A stretch of DNA of 64,000 nucleotides from an uncultured Klebsiella sp. Lineage in GTDB: Bacteria > Verrucomicrobiota > Verrucomicrobiia > Limisphaerales > SXTU01. A program made the position numbers and the translations under genes. The DNA is taken from assembly GCA_964578245.1 (NCBI GenBank), contig CAZOCL010000002.1, positions 1,730-65,729 of the forward strand, in the 5' to 3' direction. The stretch's first letter is position 1. The number at the start of each line of letters is the position of its first letter. The notes under the pieces are model-generated. The model had not been told where the DNA came from, did no database searches, and saw only the letters and a program-made list of their open reading frames with translations. Positions 35,344 to 44,006 of the stretch are shown here, piece after piece.

Positions 35344-36495
35344 ATGTATAGCTTGCGCGGTTATGGAGAAATGATCGCGGATGAAGGCCGGGCCACCGCC
35401 TTCGAGCAATCGATCCGTGCCGCCGTCAAGCCACAGTCTGTGGTGCTCGAGCTGGGCACGGCCACCGGGCTGATGGCCCTCTGGGCTGCGCAGGCCGGTG
35501 CGCGCCATGTCCATGCCGTCGAGCCAGATAAATCCATCGTCCTCGCCCGACAAAGTGCGAGAGACAATGGGTTTGCCAGCCGCATTACCTGTCATCAGAA
35601 GCTGTCCACCCAGCTCACGCTGTCGGAGCGGGCGGACGTGTTCATAGAGGATTTGCGCGGGTCCATGCCGTGCTGCAGGACTCGGTTGCTGGACATCATG
35701 GACGCGCGGGCGCGGCTGCTCACGCCGGATGCGACTTTGATCTGCCAGCGGGATACGTGCTTCGTCACGGTGGCCGAGGCCGAGAAGCCGTCGCGTCACA
35801 TGCACGCAGTGTGGGACGGAAGCCGCTGGGGGCTGGACTTGAGGGCGGTGCAACGGCTGGCACCCAATTGCATGACCCATCATCGCTGCGCCCCCGAGGA
35901 ACTGCTAGCGGAACCGCGCGCCTGGGCGGAGATTCACTACCCGACCGTCAGTTCGCCCCATGTGCGGGGCGCGGCGGAGCTCACTGTCCTTCGTCCTGCC
36001 ACCGCGCACGGGCTGGCGCTCTGGTTCGACGCGGAACTGTTCGGCGGCATCCGTTTCTCGAATGCCCCAAGCGAGCCGAAGCACGTTTACAACAATGCCT
36101 TCCTGCCATGGCCAGCACCCACGCCCCTGCAGGCGGGCGACCGGGTGGTGGTGAAGCTGGACGCGGTCTTTACTGGCGGAGAATATGAGTGGAACTGGGC
36201 GAGCACCGTCTGGCGCGAAGGCGCGGCGGAACCCGTCGCGCGGTTCAGCCAGTCCACGTTACAAGGCCGGCCGGTTTCCGCGCCGGCACTGGCCCTTCGC
36301 ACCGGCAGCTTCCGCCCGCACCGCAATGACGCCGCCGAAGTGGAGCGCTTCCTGCTCGAACGCATGGATGGCCAGGCCACCAACGACCAACTGGCCGCCG
36401 CGCTCCGCACCCAGTTTCCCAATGCCTTCCCCACCGACACCGCCGCGCTCGCCCGCGTGGTGGACACCGTGGAGAAGTTCAGCGCTACGAGTTGA
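35344..36495 (+). CDS. PRMT-like class I methyltransferase with a PqqD/RRE-like C-terminal domain
   Basis: VLELGTATGLMALWAAQAGARHVHAVE (PRMT-type motif I) and a beta-barrel-like middle region. The C-terminal FLLERMDGQATNDQLAAALRTQFP...ALARVVDTVEKF resembles PqqD. Confidence 0.65.
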   Translation: MYSLRGYGEMIADEGRATAFEQSIRAAVKPQSVVLELGTATGLMALWAAQAGARHVHAVEPDKSIVLARQSARDNGFASRITCHQKLSTQLTLSERADVFIEDLRGSMPCCRTRLLDIMDARARLLTPDATLICQRDTCFVTVAEAEKPSRHMHAVWDGSRWGLDLRAVQRLAPNCMTHHRCAPEELLAEPRAWAEIHYPTVSSPHVRGAAELTVLRPATAHGLALWFDAELFGGIRFSNAPSEPKHVYNNAFLPWPAPTPLQAGDRVVVKLDAVFTGGEYEWNWASTVWREGAAEPVARFSQSTLQGRPVSAPALALRTGSFRPHRNDAAEVERFLLERMDGQATNDQLAAALRTQFPNAFPTDTAALARVVDTVEKFSATS

Positions 36496-36506
36496 ACCGC
36501 GAGCGC

Positions 36507-36626
36507 TCACCATCCCAGCCACGCGCGCAGGCCGCCGCTGATGAACAGCACCGCTGGATCGCAGGCCAGACATGCCCAGATGCAGGAGAATGACTCCGGC
36601 CATGAACACCGCCGCCGTCAGCCCGC
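36507..36626 (-). pseudogene. Truncated, frame-disrupted copy of the 3' end of membrane-protein gene 37908..38747
   Basis: Minus-strand reading gives GLTAAVFMAGVILLHLG, then a deletion of about 37 nt, then WACLACDPAVLFISGGLRAWLGW*. The intact gene reads AAVFVAGVFLLHLG...WAFLACYPAVLFTSGGLRTWLGW*. Confidence 0.75.
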
Positions 36627-36726
36627 GCGAATGCGTTCGTCACTGCCAGTTGAAGAATGAAAGACTTGCAGGTTCGCGGGCAATACGACTATCCTCCACA
36701 AGGTTTTACCGCAGGGATTTGTGAAC

Positions 36727-36876
36727 ATGAACACCGCCACCGTCGAAAACACTGATGGGTCCAAGCAGGTTTGGACCGCCCCCACTTTGACAACGCTTTC
36801 GCTCCCGCTGGGAACGCTGGCCACCGGTAACAATGGTTCGGATGGTGGCGTCATGGCCAGCACCACCAGGAGTTAG
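36727..36876 (+). CDS. Lasso peptide precursor A2 (49 aa)
   Basis: MNTATVENTDGSKQVWTAPTLTTLSLPLGTL|ATGNNGSDGGVMASTTRS. About 60 nt of the leader are near-identical to A1. It is below the ORF-track cutoff. Confidence 0.8.
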   Translation: MNTATVENTDGSKQVWTAPTLTTLSLPLGTLATGNNGSDGGVMASTTRS

Positions 36877-37041
36877 CTGGTTGTTGTCAAATGGCAGCCT
36901 GACCATGCACTGCCCGCACCGTGGAGAAGTCCAACCCCACGGGCTCGGAGGCACGGAACGTGGCCGTGAGGCCGCCGAAACGTGAGCAGGCCACGGTGGA
37001 TGCGAACGCACTACTCCAGTCAGGGTTCTGCGGCGTTCCAT

Positions 37042-37815
37042 TCAAAACAAGCCCGTGTCGTAGTGTTTCAGCCACCGGAACAGTCCACGGTGCTCCTCCG
37101 GAATGGCAGCCAGACGCTCTGGTGAAATCTTCATAAATGGCTGCTGGCGGTAGTTCTGGTAGTCCTTGAACCACGGGCGGTGATACACGCAGTAGAGCAT
37201 GGGCCGAGGCTGGTCGGAAAGGTTCGCGGTGCCGTGATGGAACAGCCGGTAGTCCACCAGCAGGCCGCAGCCCAGCGGCACGGTGGGATCCAGCCCGGGA
37301 GTTGCCTTGCCCTCCTCGTCCGGTTTCAAGTGCGAGCCGGGCATCAGGCGGGTGGTGCCGTTGGTTGCGTTGAACTCGCGGAGCGGGATGAAGAGATTGA
37401 CCGCGTGGGGCGGGAGAAAACGGTTTAGCACGGGACCGAACAGCAGCGGGTTGTCCCGATGAAGGTGCTGGTCCTTGGCTCCCGGCAAGGATGTGACTGA
37501 GGCAAAGCTGCCCAGCACCAAGTCCGACCCGAGCAACTGCTGGAGCACCGGCAGGACGAGCGGGTTGGCGTAAAGCGCCGCATCAAGAAAGGGCATCTCC
37601 ATCTCCAAAGTAACCATGAACCGGCGGCTGCCCACCTTGAGCGCATCCCCTGGCCGGTCTTCGTCGAAATACCGGGCGTAACGCTCGCAATACACTTCAC
37701 CGAGCTGGCTGACGAGTTCACGGGGCAGCAGGTCACGAACGAGCAGGCATCCATGACGGCGAAATTGCTCGGCGCAGCTTTCCGGAGTCGAGGCGGCGGT
37801 GAGTTCGGGAACCAT
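37042..37815 (-). CDS. PhyH-family Fe(II)/2-oxoglutarate dioxygenase
   Basis: DQHLHRD (HxD) and LFHHGTAN (distal His). The length and pattern are those of phytanoyl-CoA-dioxygenase-like hydroxylases. Confidence 0.75.
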   Translation of the reverse strand: MVPELTAASTPESCAEQFRRHGCLLVRDLLPRELVSQLGEVYCERYARYFDEDRPGDALKVGSRRFMVTLEMEMPFLDAALYANPLVLPVLQQLLGSDLVLGSFASVTSLPGAKDQHLHRDNPLLFGPVLNRFLPPHAVNLFIPLREFNATNGTTRLMPGSHLKPDEEGKATPGLDPTVPLGCGLLVDYRLFHHGTANLSDQPRPMLYCVYHRPWFKDYQNYRQQPFMKISPERLAAIPEEHRGLFRWLKHYDTGLF

Positions 37816-37907
37816 GGGCGCAATTGAACAACCGGGGATTTACGACTGCAAGCGTGGGCTGCCACCCCCAGCCGCAGATGGCCTGCCGTTCGGTGCGATG
37901 GCGAAAC

Positions 37908-38747
37908 TCACCACCCCAGCCACGTGCGCAGCCCGCCGCTGGTGAACAGCACCGCTGGATAGCAGGCGAGGAAGGCCCATAGAAACGGCGCGAGGCCCAT
38001 GAAGTGGCCGATGCCGAGGTGCAAGAGGAAGACCCCGGCCACAAACACCGCCGCCACCGGCCCGCCCGTCAGCCAGGCCAGCGGGAAGCCGATCTCCAAC
38101 ACGAGCGCGCCCCAGGTCGCCGTCCGATTCACTGCGGGGTGCGCGGCCAGCCACGCCGCCAGCCGGCGGTCTCCCATCAGGTCCTGCCGCAGCAGGCAGC
38201 CGATGGCTTCTCCCGAGCGCCAGGCCCCGGTCGTGAGGGCCTTGAGCACACCGCTCGTGAAGTAGGCCAGCGCGCACTGACCGGCGATGAACCACAGGAC
38301 CGCCTGCGCCACGGATGCGCTCGCCGGCGCGAGTTCCCGCAGCACGAGCGCGCCCAGCACGGCAAGCCGCATCCGGTCCGCCCCGAGCACGCCCAGACCG
38401 AATTGCCGCACATTGATCAGCACGGCGGCCACCACGCCCAGCCACAAGGCGAGGGGACGCACCACGGGGTCGGCCGGCACCAGCACCAGCACCAGCCCGG
38501 CGAGCAGTCGGGCCACCTGGAGGGCAGCAAACCCGGTGGCGCGGAACAGGCAACCCAGCGCCACCGGACCTTCGCCCCGCAGGCGCGAGCGCTGGCGCAG
38601 CAGTGGCCAGCCCAGCACCGCGTCATCCGCCCAGGCGTTGCGGGCGGCCAGCCATTCGGCCGCCGAAACCGCGAGACTGACGCCAGCAAGCCGTGTGACC
38701 AGTGTCACGCACGCGAAGGGATCCTGCAGCCAGACGGCGTCAATCAC
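37908..38747 (-). CDS. Polytopic membrane protein, unknown function
   Basis: About 8 hydrophobic segments. The GTG start overlaps the upstream stop (GTGA). No family was recognised with confidence. Confidence 0.6.
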   Translation of the reverse strand: MIDAVWLQDPFACVTLVTRLAGVSLAVSAAEWLAARNAWADDAVLGWPLLRQRSRLRGEGPVALGCLFRATGFAALQVARLLAGLVLVLVPADPVVRPLALWLGVVAAVLINVRQFGLGVLGADRMRLAVLGALVLRELAPASASVAQAVLWFIAGQCALAYFTSGVLKALTTGAWRSGEAIGCLLRQDLMGDRRLAAWLAAHPAVNRTATWGALVLEIGFPLAWLTGGPVAAVFVAGVFLLHLGIGHFMGLAPFLWAFLACYPAVLFTSGGLRTWLGW

Positions 38748-39280
38748 ACGGCCTCCCCTCCCGTTGCCAGCGGCAGAAACTCGGAGGTGTAGAGGCGCTG
38801 CTCGGGGGCGTCCGCCGTGATCAGCAGTTGCTCGCGCAGTTCAAACTGCCGCGCGGTCGTTCCCGGCGGGCCGGCCACGCCCGCCACGCAGTGCCATAAA
38901 GCCCGCCAGGCTGGAGTGCTGGCCAGGCGTTCCGCCGGCAGCGCGGCGCGCACGCGGTCGGCCAGCAGCTCCGCGAGCGAATACTGCGCGTCGGCTGCGA
39001 ACAGCTCCGGATTGAAGAACGCGCGCCAGGGCCGCTGGCTGCGCTCGGCAGGCAACCACCGCCATTCGCCGACGCTCCCAGCGGCATCCCGGTCGCGATA
39101 ATAGAGCCGCACATTCGTCGGGAGCCCGGTGTAAAGCCGCCAGCTCGGCACGAGCCGTAAGAAGTCGAATCGCGCCATGACTGCGGTCAGGCGGGTGAAG
39201 CACAGTTGGTAGGCCACGGAGACGGCGAACCATGCTGCCAGCAGCAGGAGGGCGAGCCATTCCATGACGGCGAGATTCAT
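38744..39280 (-). CDS. Membrane-anchored hypothetical protein
   Basis: ATG at 39280 (MNLAVMEWLALLLLAAWFAVSVAY...) in an ATGA overlap with the upstream gene. The longer 39460 start overlaps that gene and is unlikely. Confidence 0.5.
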   Translation of the reverse strand: MNLAVMEWLALLLLAAWFAVSVAYQLCFTRLTAVMARFDFLRLVPSWRLYTGLPTNVRLYYRDRDAAGSVGEWRWLPAERSQRPWRAFFNPELFAADAQYSLAELLADRVRAALPAERLASTPAWRALWHCVAGVAGPPGTTARQFELREQLLITADAPEQRLYTSEFLPLATGGEAV

Positions 39281-40464
39281 GATTGGGCAGCGAGCCGCCG
39301 CTTCACCCACAGCAGCGGCCAGAGCACGTAGTAGAGGGCGAACCACCGGTCCGGGAGGGGCAGCGTCTGCCAGTCCGCCGGGTTCACCACGCGCGGACGC
39401 AACATGCGGAGGCGCACGCGCCAGCTTGGCTGCAGCCGCCAGGCGTAGCCAACCATCCACCAGTGCGCCGAGCCGGTCTTGATTTCATCCGGCGTCAGCT
39501 CCATGTGGCGGCAGGCGTCGTCCACGAGCTGGGTGAGCACGGGAGTTTCCGGCGGAGCCGGCAGCCCGGCCGGCAGCGGCACGGCGAGGAGTTCACGCGC
39601 GAGCAGGACGCTCTGCCAGAAGACGCGCTCCAGTTTCGTCGCCTCCGCCCGGGCGAGCAGGCGCGGCCAGTCGAGTGTGCCAGCCTGCATCAGCAGCGCG
39701 ATGTCCAGGAGCCAGAAGAGCCGGAACCAGCCGTGGTCCGCGCCGTGCAGGAGCAGGTGCAGCGCGGCCGTCTCCGCCGGCAGCACGGCGATGCGCTGGC
39801 CCGCAATGGTCGCCGTGCCCGGAGCTTCCCCCAGCGTGCTGCGGTGGAAGTGCTCGTGGTTCACCAGCCGCCACATGATCTCCAATCGCAGCGCGCCGTC
39901 CGCGCTGAAATACTCAAACTCATGACGCACGCTGAAGTATTTCTGCTGCTGGAGCGGCGTGAGCGGAAAGTCCGGCTGGGTGCGACGGAACCCGGCGTCT
40001 TGCAGCAGCCGGTCCGCGCGTTCGGCGTCCGCCTGGCGGATCAGCAGGTCCAGGTCGCCCGAGTGGCGCAGGCCCAGATCGCCATACAAGTCGCGAGCCA
40101 GCAGCGGCCCTTTCACGCTCGTGACGGGGATGCCGGCTTGTTCGAGCAGCTTCACGAGGCGCGTCAGTTCGCCGGTGCGCTGCATGGCGCGGAGGGCGGT
40201 GTCCCGGGCACTGCTGGCGAGCCGCTGGCGCACTGCCTCCGGCAGCGCGGCCAAAGCCTCGCGGGGCAGCCGTTGTTGCAGGAACGCACCCACGCGATGC
40301 CGCTCGACGAGGGCCAGGAACGTGCCGGCGTCCGTGCCCTCCGGCCAGGGCAACTCCGGCGGCGCAGTGCGCAGCGCGACCCGCAAGGCGTGGAGGAGGA
40401 GGCGTATTTCCGCCGGCCAGTGGCGGGCGCGGCCGGGGAGTTCCAGGGGTGGCACGGGGTTCAT
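39277..40464 (-). CDS. NTP_transf_5-type uncharacterised nucleotidyltransferase
   Basis: ATG at 40464 (MNPVPPLELPG...). VKGPLLARDLYGDLGLRHSGDLDLLI (G..hS.DlDlL motif) and HGADHGW are typical of this family. Confidence 0.65.
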   Translation of the reverse strand: MNPVPPLELPGRARHWPAEIRLLLHALRVALRTAPPELPWPEGTDAGTFLALVERHRVGAFLQQRLPREALAALPEAVRQRLASSARDTALRAMQRTGELTRLVKLLEQAGIPVTSVKGPLLARDLYGDLGLRHSGDLDLLIRQADAERADRLLQDAGFRRTQPDFPLTPLQQQKYFSVRHEFEYFSADGALRLEIMWRLVNHEHFHRSTLGEAPGTATIAGQRIAVLPAETAALHLLLHGADHGWFRLFWLLDIALLMQAGTLDWPRLLARAEATKLERVFWQSVLLARELLAVPLPAGLPAPPETPVLTQLVDDACRHMELTPDEIKTGSAHWWMVGYAWRLQPSWRVRLRMLRPRVVNPADWQTLPLPDRWFALYYVLWPLLWVKRRLAAQS

Positions 40465-40761
40465 GGCGCACACCGTGGGGGGCAGGACGCGCTCACTCCG
40501 AGCGCCGAAGCGGGCGGACACCGCCGGCCCGGAGCGCGGCCTGCAGGCCGCAGAAACGTGCGCCGGCCCGGGGTGGTTCGAACGCACTTCTCGCGTCGGA
40601 GCTTTCTGCGGCCTGAAGGCCGCGCTGCACGGGCGCGAAGTTCCGCCGGCTCGTGGAGGCCCATACCAGCGTGGGTCGAAATTCTTGTGTTCGCGAGTGT
40701 CATCCTGACCAGATGCGGAAAAGCAGGCGCAGACCGGAGTAAAATGGCAAAGCAAAACCAC

Positions 40762-40791
40762 AAAAAAGGGCGGCTCCTCGCGGAGCCGCCC
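40762..40791 (-). terminator. Rho-independent terminator of the MFS gene
   Basis: On the minus strand, gggcggctcc-gcga-ggagccgccc followed by tttttt (plus-strand aaaaaa at 40762-40767). Confidence 0.7.
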
Positions 40792-40815
40792 TCTGGAGCG
40801 CTACCAGCAGCGCCA

Positions 40816-42399
40816 TTACTTGCCGTCGGCACCACCGCCTTCAAGGTGCACGGCCTTGTAACCGCCGATGGACTTGAAGTAGAGCAGGATGCCCAGATAA
40901 ATCAGCGCCATCATGGCGGGGATGGCGGAATCGGCCACGAGCGTGCGGCGATCACCGGCAATGGAGGCTTCCGCCGCAGCCTTCTGCTCCGGCGTGCGCT
41001 TGGCCGCCTCTGCCTTCTGAGCATCGGCGAGTTTGGTGCCATCGAGGCCGTTCACTTCGCTGAAGAAGAGGAAGGAACTGGACTTGTCCGCCTTGAACTG
41101 TTTGTAGGCTTCCGGGTTTGCCTTCTGCAATTCCTCGCCAGCGAAGCGGTCCTTGGCGTAGCCAAGACCGGGGGAGCCGAGCATGCCCGCCGACATCATG
41201 CCGATGCCACCCATGATGGAGATGGCGATGGCACCCGTGCGCGGGAAACGATCTGAGGCCACGGCCAGCATGGTCGGCCAGAAGAAGGTCTTGCCGATGC
41301 CGTAAACCGTGAGGGCGAGTAGCGCCCCGCCGAAGCTGGAGATGCCGCTGACGAGGTTGAGGCCGACGCACGCGAGCACCGCGCAGGTGAGCAGGATGGC
41401 CACCGGGGTAAGGCCGATTTTGCGCTCGATGAAGTCCGCGCAGAAGCGCAGTGCAAACATCGTGGCCGAGGTGAAGACGAAGAGAATCTTGCCTTCGCTG
41501 GAGCTGAGGATGTTGCCGGTGATGTTCTGAATCCATCCGTCCGTGCCGAGTTCGACTGCGCCAACCAGCGCATGGGCCAGGAAAAGGACGAACAGGAGCA
41601 CCGAGCCCATGGAGAACTTGGTCATCACCGCGACCACCACGAGCAACGCGCCGCCGATGCCATAGGAAATCCCGGCGGAAAGACCGAGCGTGTCCTTGCA
41701 GAAGAGCGCCAGCAGGCTGCACACAACGAGGCCGCCAAGGATGCCGACATCCTTGAGCATTTCGCCGAGGCTCAGCCCTTTCTTGGAAGCCTCCGATTTG
41801 GGGAAGCTCTGGCCGAAGAACATGATGCCGTAGGCGACGGTGGGGATCAGGTAGAGGCCGAGCTGGATCTTCCAGTTGACCTTCATCTGGTCGTCCAGCA
41901 CCCAGCCCAGCACGCCACCGATGATGAGGCCGGCGGGCCAGGAGGCATGGAGGATGTTCAGGTAGTGCGTGCGGTTGTGCGGGAAAAGTGTGGCCACGAG
42001 CGGATTGGCGACGGCTTCAAGCGTTCCGTTGGCGAAGGCGAAGATGAACATGCCCCACTTGAGCATGTCGAAGGCGTTCTCCTTGCTCGTGGCCCCGAAG
42101 GTCACGAAGGCGGACAGCACATGCAGCGCGAAGGCGACAATCACCAGCTTGCCGTAGCCGATCTTGTCGCAGACCACGCCACCGATGATGATGCCGAAGC
42201 AGAAGCCGGTGAAGCCAGCGCCGCCGATCGCCCCAAGCTGGGCACCCGTAAAGCCAAACTCCTCGCCCCAGTTGTCAAAGATGCCGCCGCGGATGGCGAA
42301 GCCGACACCGGCAGCGAGAATGGCCATGAAGCCGGCCCACAGCAGCCGTTTGGCATTGGGCGCGATGGCCTCGTTGGAGATCGTTTTGTCTTCTATCAT
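40816..42399 (-). CDS. MFS transporter
   Basis: About 12 transmembrane segments. [12 protein letters not shown] loop 2-3 motif and a long hydrophilic C-terminal tail. Confidence 0.8.
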   Translation of the reverse strand: MIEDKTISNEAIAPNAKRLLWAGFMAILAAGVGFAIRGGIFDNWGEEFGFTGAQLGAIGGAGFTGFCFGIIIGGVVCDKIGYGKLVIVAFALHVLSAFVTFGATSKENAFDMLKWGMFIFAFANGTLEAVANPLVATLFPHNRTHYLNILHASWPAGLIIGGVLGWVLDDQMKVNWKIQLGLYLIPTVAYGIMFFGQSFPKSEASKKGLSLGEMLKDVGILGGLVVCSLLALFCKDTLGLSAGISYGIGGALLVVVAVMTKFSMGSVLLFVLFLAHALVGAVELGTDGWIQNITGNILSSSEGKILFVFTSATMFALRFCADFIERKIGLTPVAILLTCAVLACVGLNLVSGISSFGGALLALTVYGIGKTFFWPTMLAVASDRFPRTGAIAISIMGGIGMMSAGMLGSPGLGYAKDRFAGEELQKANPEAYKQFKADKSSSFLFFSEVNGLDGTKLADAQKAEAAKRTPEQKAAAEASIAGDRRTLVADSAIPAMMALIYLGILLYFKSIGGYKAVHLEGGGADGK

Positions 42400-42445
42400 A
42401 GGTGTGCTGGCTTGATGGTTTCGTTACGGACTGCTGACTGGCTGA

Positions 42446-43567
42446 CTACAGGGTGAATGCCGGGAGCTTGACGATCTTGCCGCCCTTGGTCGCGGACTCG
42501 TGTGAGCAGAGGCCCACACAGGTCCAGTTCGCGGACTGCTTTGCATTCGGGAAGGGGTCGCGGTTCTCGACGAGGGCCATGGCGAGCTCGTGCGCGAGGT
42601 GCGGGTGGCTGCCGCCGTGGCCGCTGCCCTGCGTGAAGCTCAGGTGGGTCTTCTTGCTGGAATCGTAAACCCCTTGCGTCGTGTATTTCGCAATGCTCCT
42701 GGGCAGGCGCTTCGCGAAGTCCGGGCACTTGACCGGCTTGGGAATCTTCGGCTCGGGCTTCTTGGCGGTGTGGAGGATCAACGGATCGTGCTCGACCAGC
42801 GGCCACTCGACCGAGGCCTTGTCGCCATAGACATCAATGCTCTCGCGATACTGGCGCGCAGTATCAAAGAGGGAGCGGATGATGCGGGCGTTGACGTCGG
42901 TATTCGCAAACTTGATGTGGGCGGTCTCGACGGCGAAGGGGGAGCCGTATTTCTCGATGAGTTCCTGGCGGATGGTGCCGGAGCCGAAGCAGCTCACGTA
43001 TTCCGCCGGCTGGCCGATGAGTCCGGCGACCGGGCCGACGCAGTGGGTGGCATACCACATGGGCGGGAGGCCGGGCCAGTAGTTGGGCCAGCCGTCCATG
43101 TCCTGCTGGTGCGAGGCCTGGACGAACTGGAGCTTGCCGAGCTTGCCGTCGTCGAGCAGCTCCTTCATGAAGAGATACTCGCGGGCATACACGACGGTCT
43201 CCATCATCATGTATTTGAGGCCGGTCTGCTTGACGAGGTCCACGATCTTCTTGCAGTCGGCGATATTCGTGGCCATCGGGACGGTGCAGGCGACGTGCTT
43301 GCCGGCCTTGAGCGCCGCAATGGACATCCATGCGTGGTCAGGGATGGGAGAGTTGATGTGGACGACGTCCACAGCCGGGTCCTTGAGCAGTGCGGCGAAG
43401 TCCTGATAGCGCTGCTCGACGCCGAAGTAGTCACCGATGGACTTGAGTTTGTCCTCGTTGCGCTGGCAGATGGCGTAGCAGGTGGTGTGCGGATGCTTCT
43501 GCCAGAGGGGAATGAATTCCGCTCCGAAACCGAGTCCGACGACGGCGACGTTGATCTTTTTGCTCAT
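42446..43567 (-). CDS. Gfo/Idh/MocA-family NAD(P)-dependent oxidoreductase
   Basis: ATG at 43567: MSKKINVAVVGLGFGAEFIPLW Rossmann N-terminus and GKHVACTVPMA. Confidence 0.82.
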   Translation of the reverse strand: MSKKINVAVVGLGFGAEFIPLWQKHPHTTCYAICQRNEDKLKSIGDYFGVEQRYQDFAALLKDPAVDVVHINSPIPDHAWMSIAALKAGKHVACTVPMATNIADCKKIVDLVKQTGLKYMMMETVVYAREYLFMKELLDDGKLGKLQFVQASHQQDMDGWPNYWPGLPPMWYATHCVGPVAGLIGQPAEYVSCFGSGTIRQELIEKYGSPFAVETAHIKFANTDVNARIIRSLFDTARQYRESIDVYGDKASVEWPLVEHDPLILHTAKKPEPKIPKPVKCPDFAKRLPRSIAKYTTQGVYDSSKKTHLSFTQGSGHGGSHPHLAHELAMALVENRDPFPNAKQSANWTCVGLCSHESATKGGKIVKLPAFTL

Positions 43568-44006
43568 GGTATATGGCTGGTTAACGATTGGCAGCGCGCA
43601 CCATGCCCGCTCCGCCGACGTCCAGCCATGAGTTCCTGCGCATTCGATTTGAACAATTTCCCGCCGGTCGTGGACGCGAAAAAGCGCTTCCACGAATGAG
43701 TTTGACCGGCGGCAACGCGGCGAATCAAACCGCTCCGCCATTCGACCGTCAACGCGAAACTGGAAAACGTGCAACGAGGACGGGCGGAACTTATCTCACC
43801 ACTCGTCGGCCGGGTCCGGAAATCCGAAGGGGAGGCCGGTGCGAAGGAGCGGAAGCATTTCCCAATTCGCGACCTTGCGCGCCGTTCGCGTCTGCGTTCC
43901 GTTCCTTTCACATGGCCGCGAGTCAACCCAGCTTGGTGGTTTGGCTCGCGGGGCTCCTGACTTTGCGGCTTGCCACGCCCGGGCCTTTTCGCTTAGAAGT
44001 CGGGGG

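Noticed and set aside
36618-36866. 82-aa minus-strand ORF antisense to precursor A2 (and its counterpart 34984..35190 antisense to A1), which share the peptide segment SVPSGSESVVKVGAVQTCLD
   Set aside because: The similarity simply mirrors the conserved leader DNA. The plus-strand reading gives a coherent lasso precursor logic: WxxPxL, Thr at -2, Asp at 8, and divergence exactly at the core. The antisense reading gives none of this.
39283-41256. 657-aa plus-strand ORF spanning the NTP_transf_5 gene, an intergenic region and part of the MFS gene
   Set aside because: It crosses a canonical terminator (40762-40791) and two well-supported minus-strand genes, so it is a shadow ORF.
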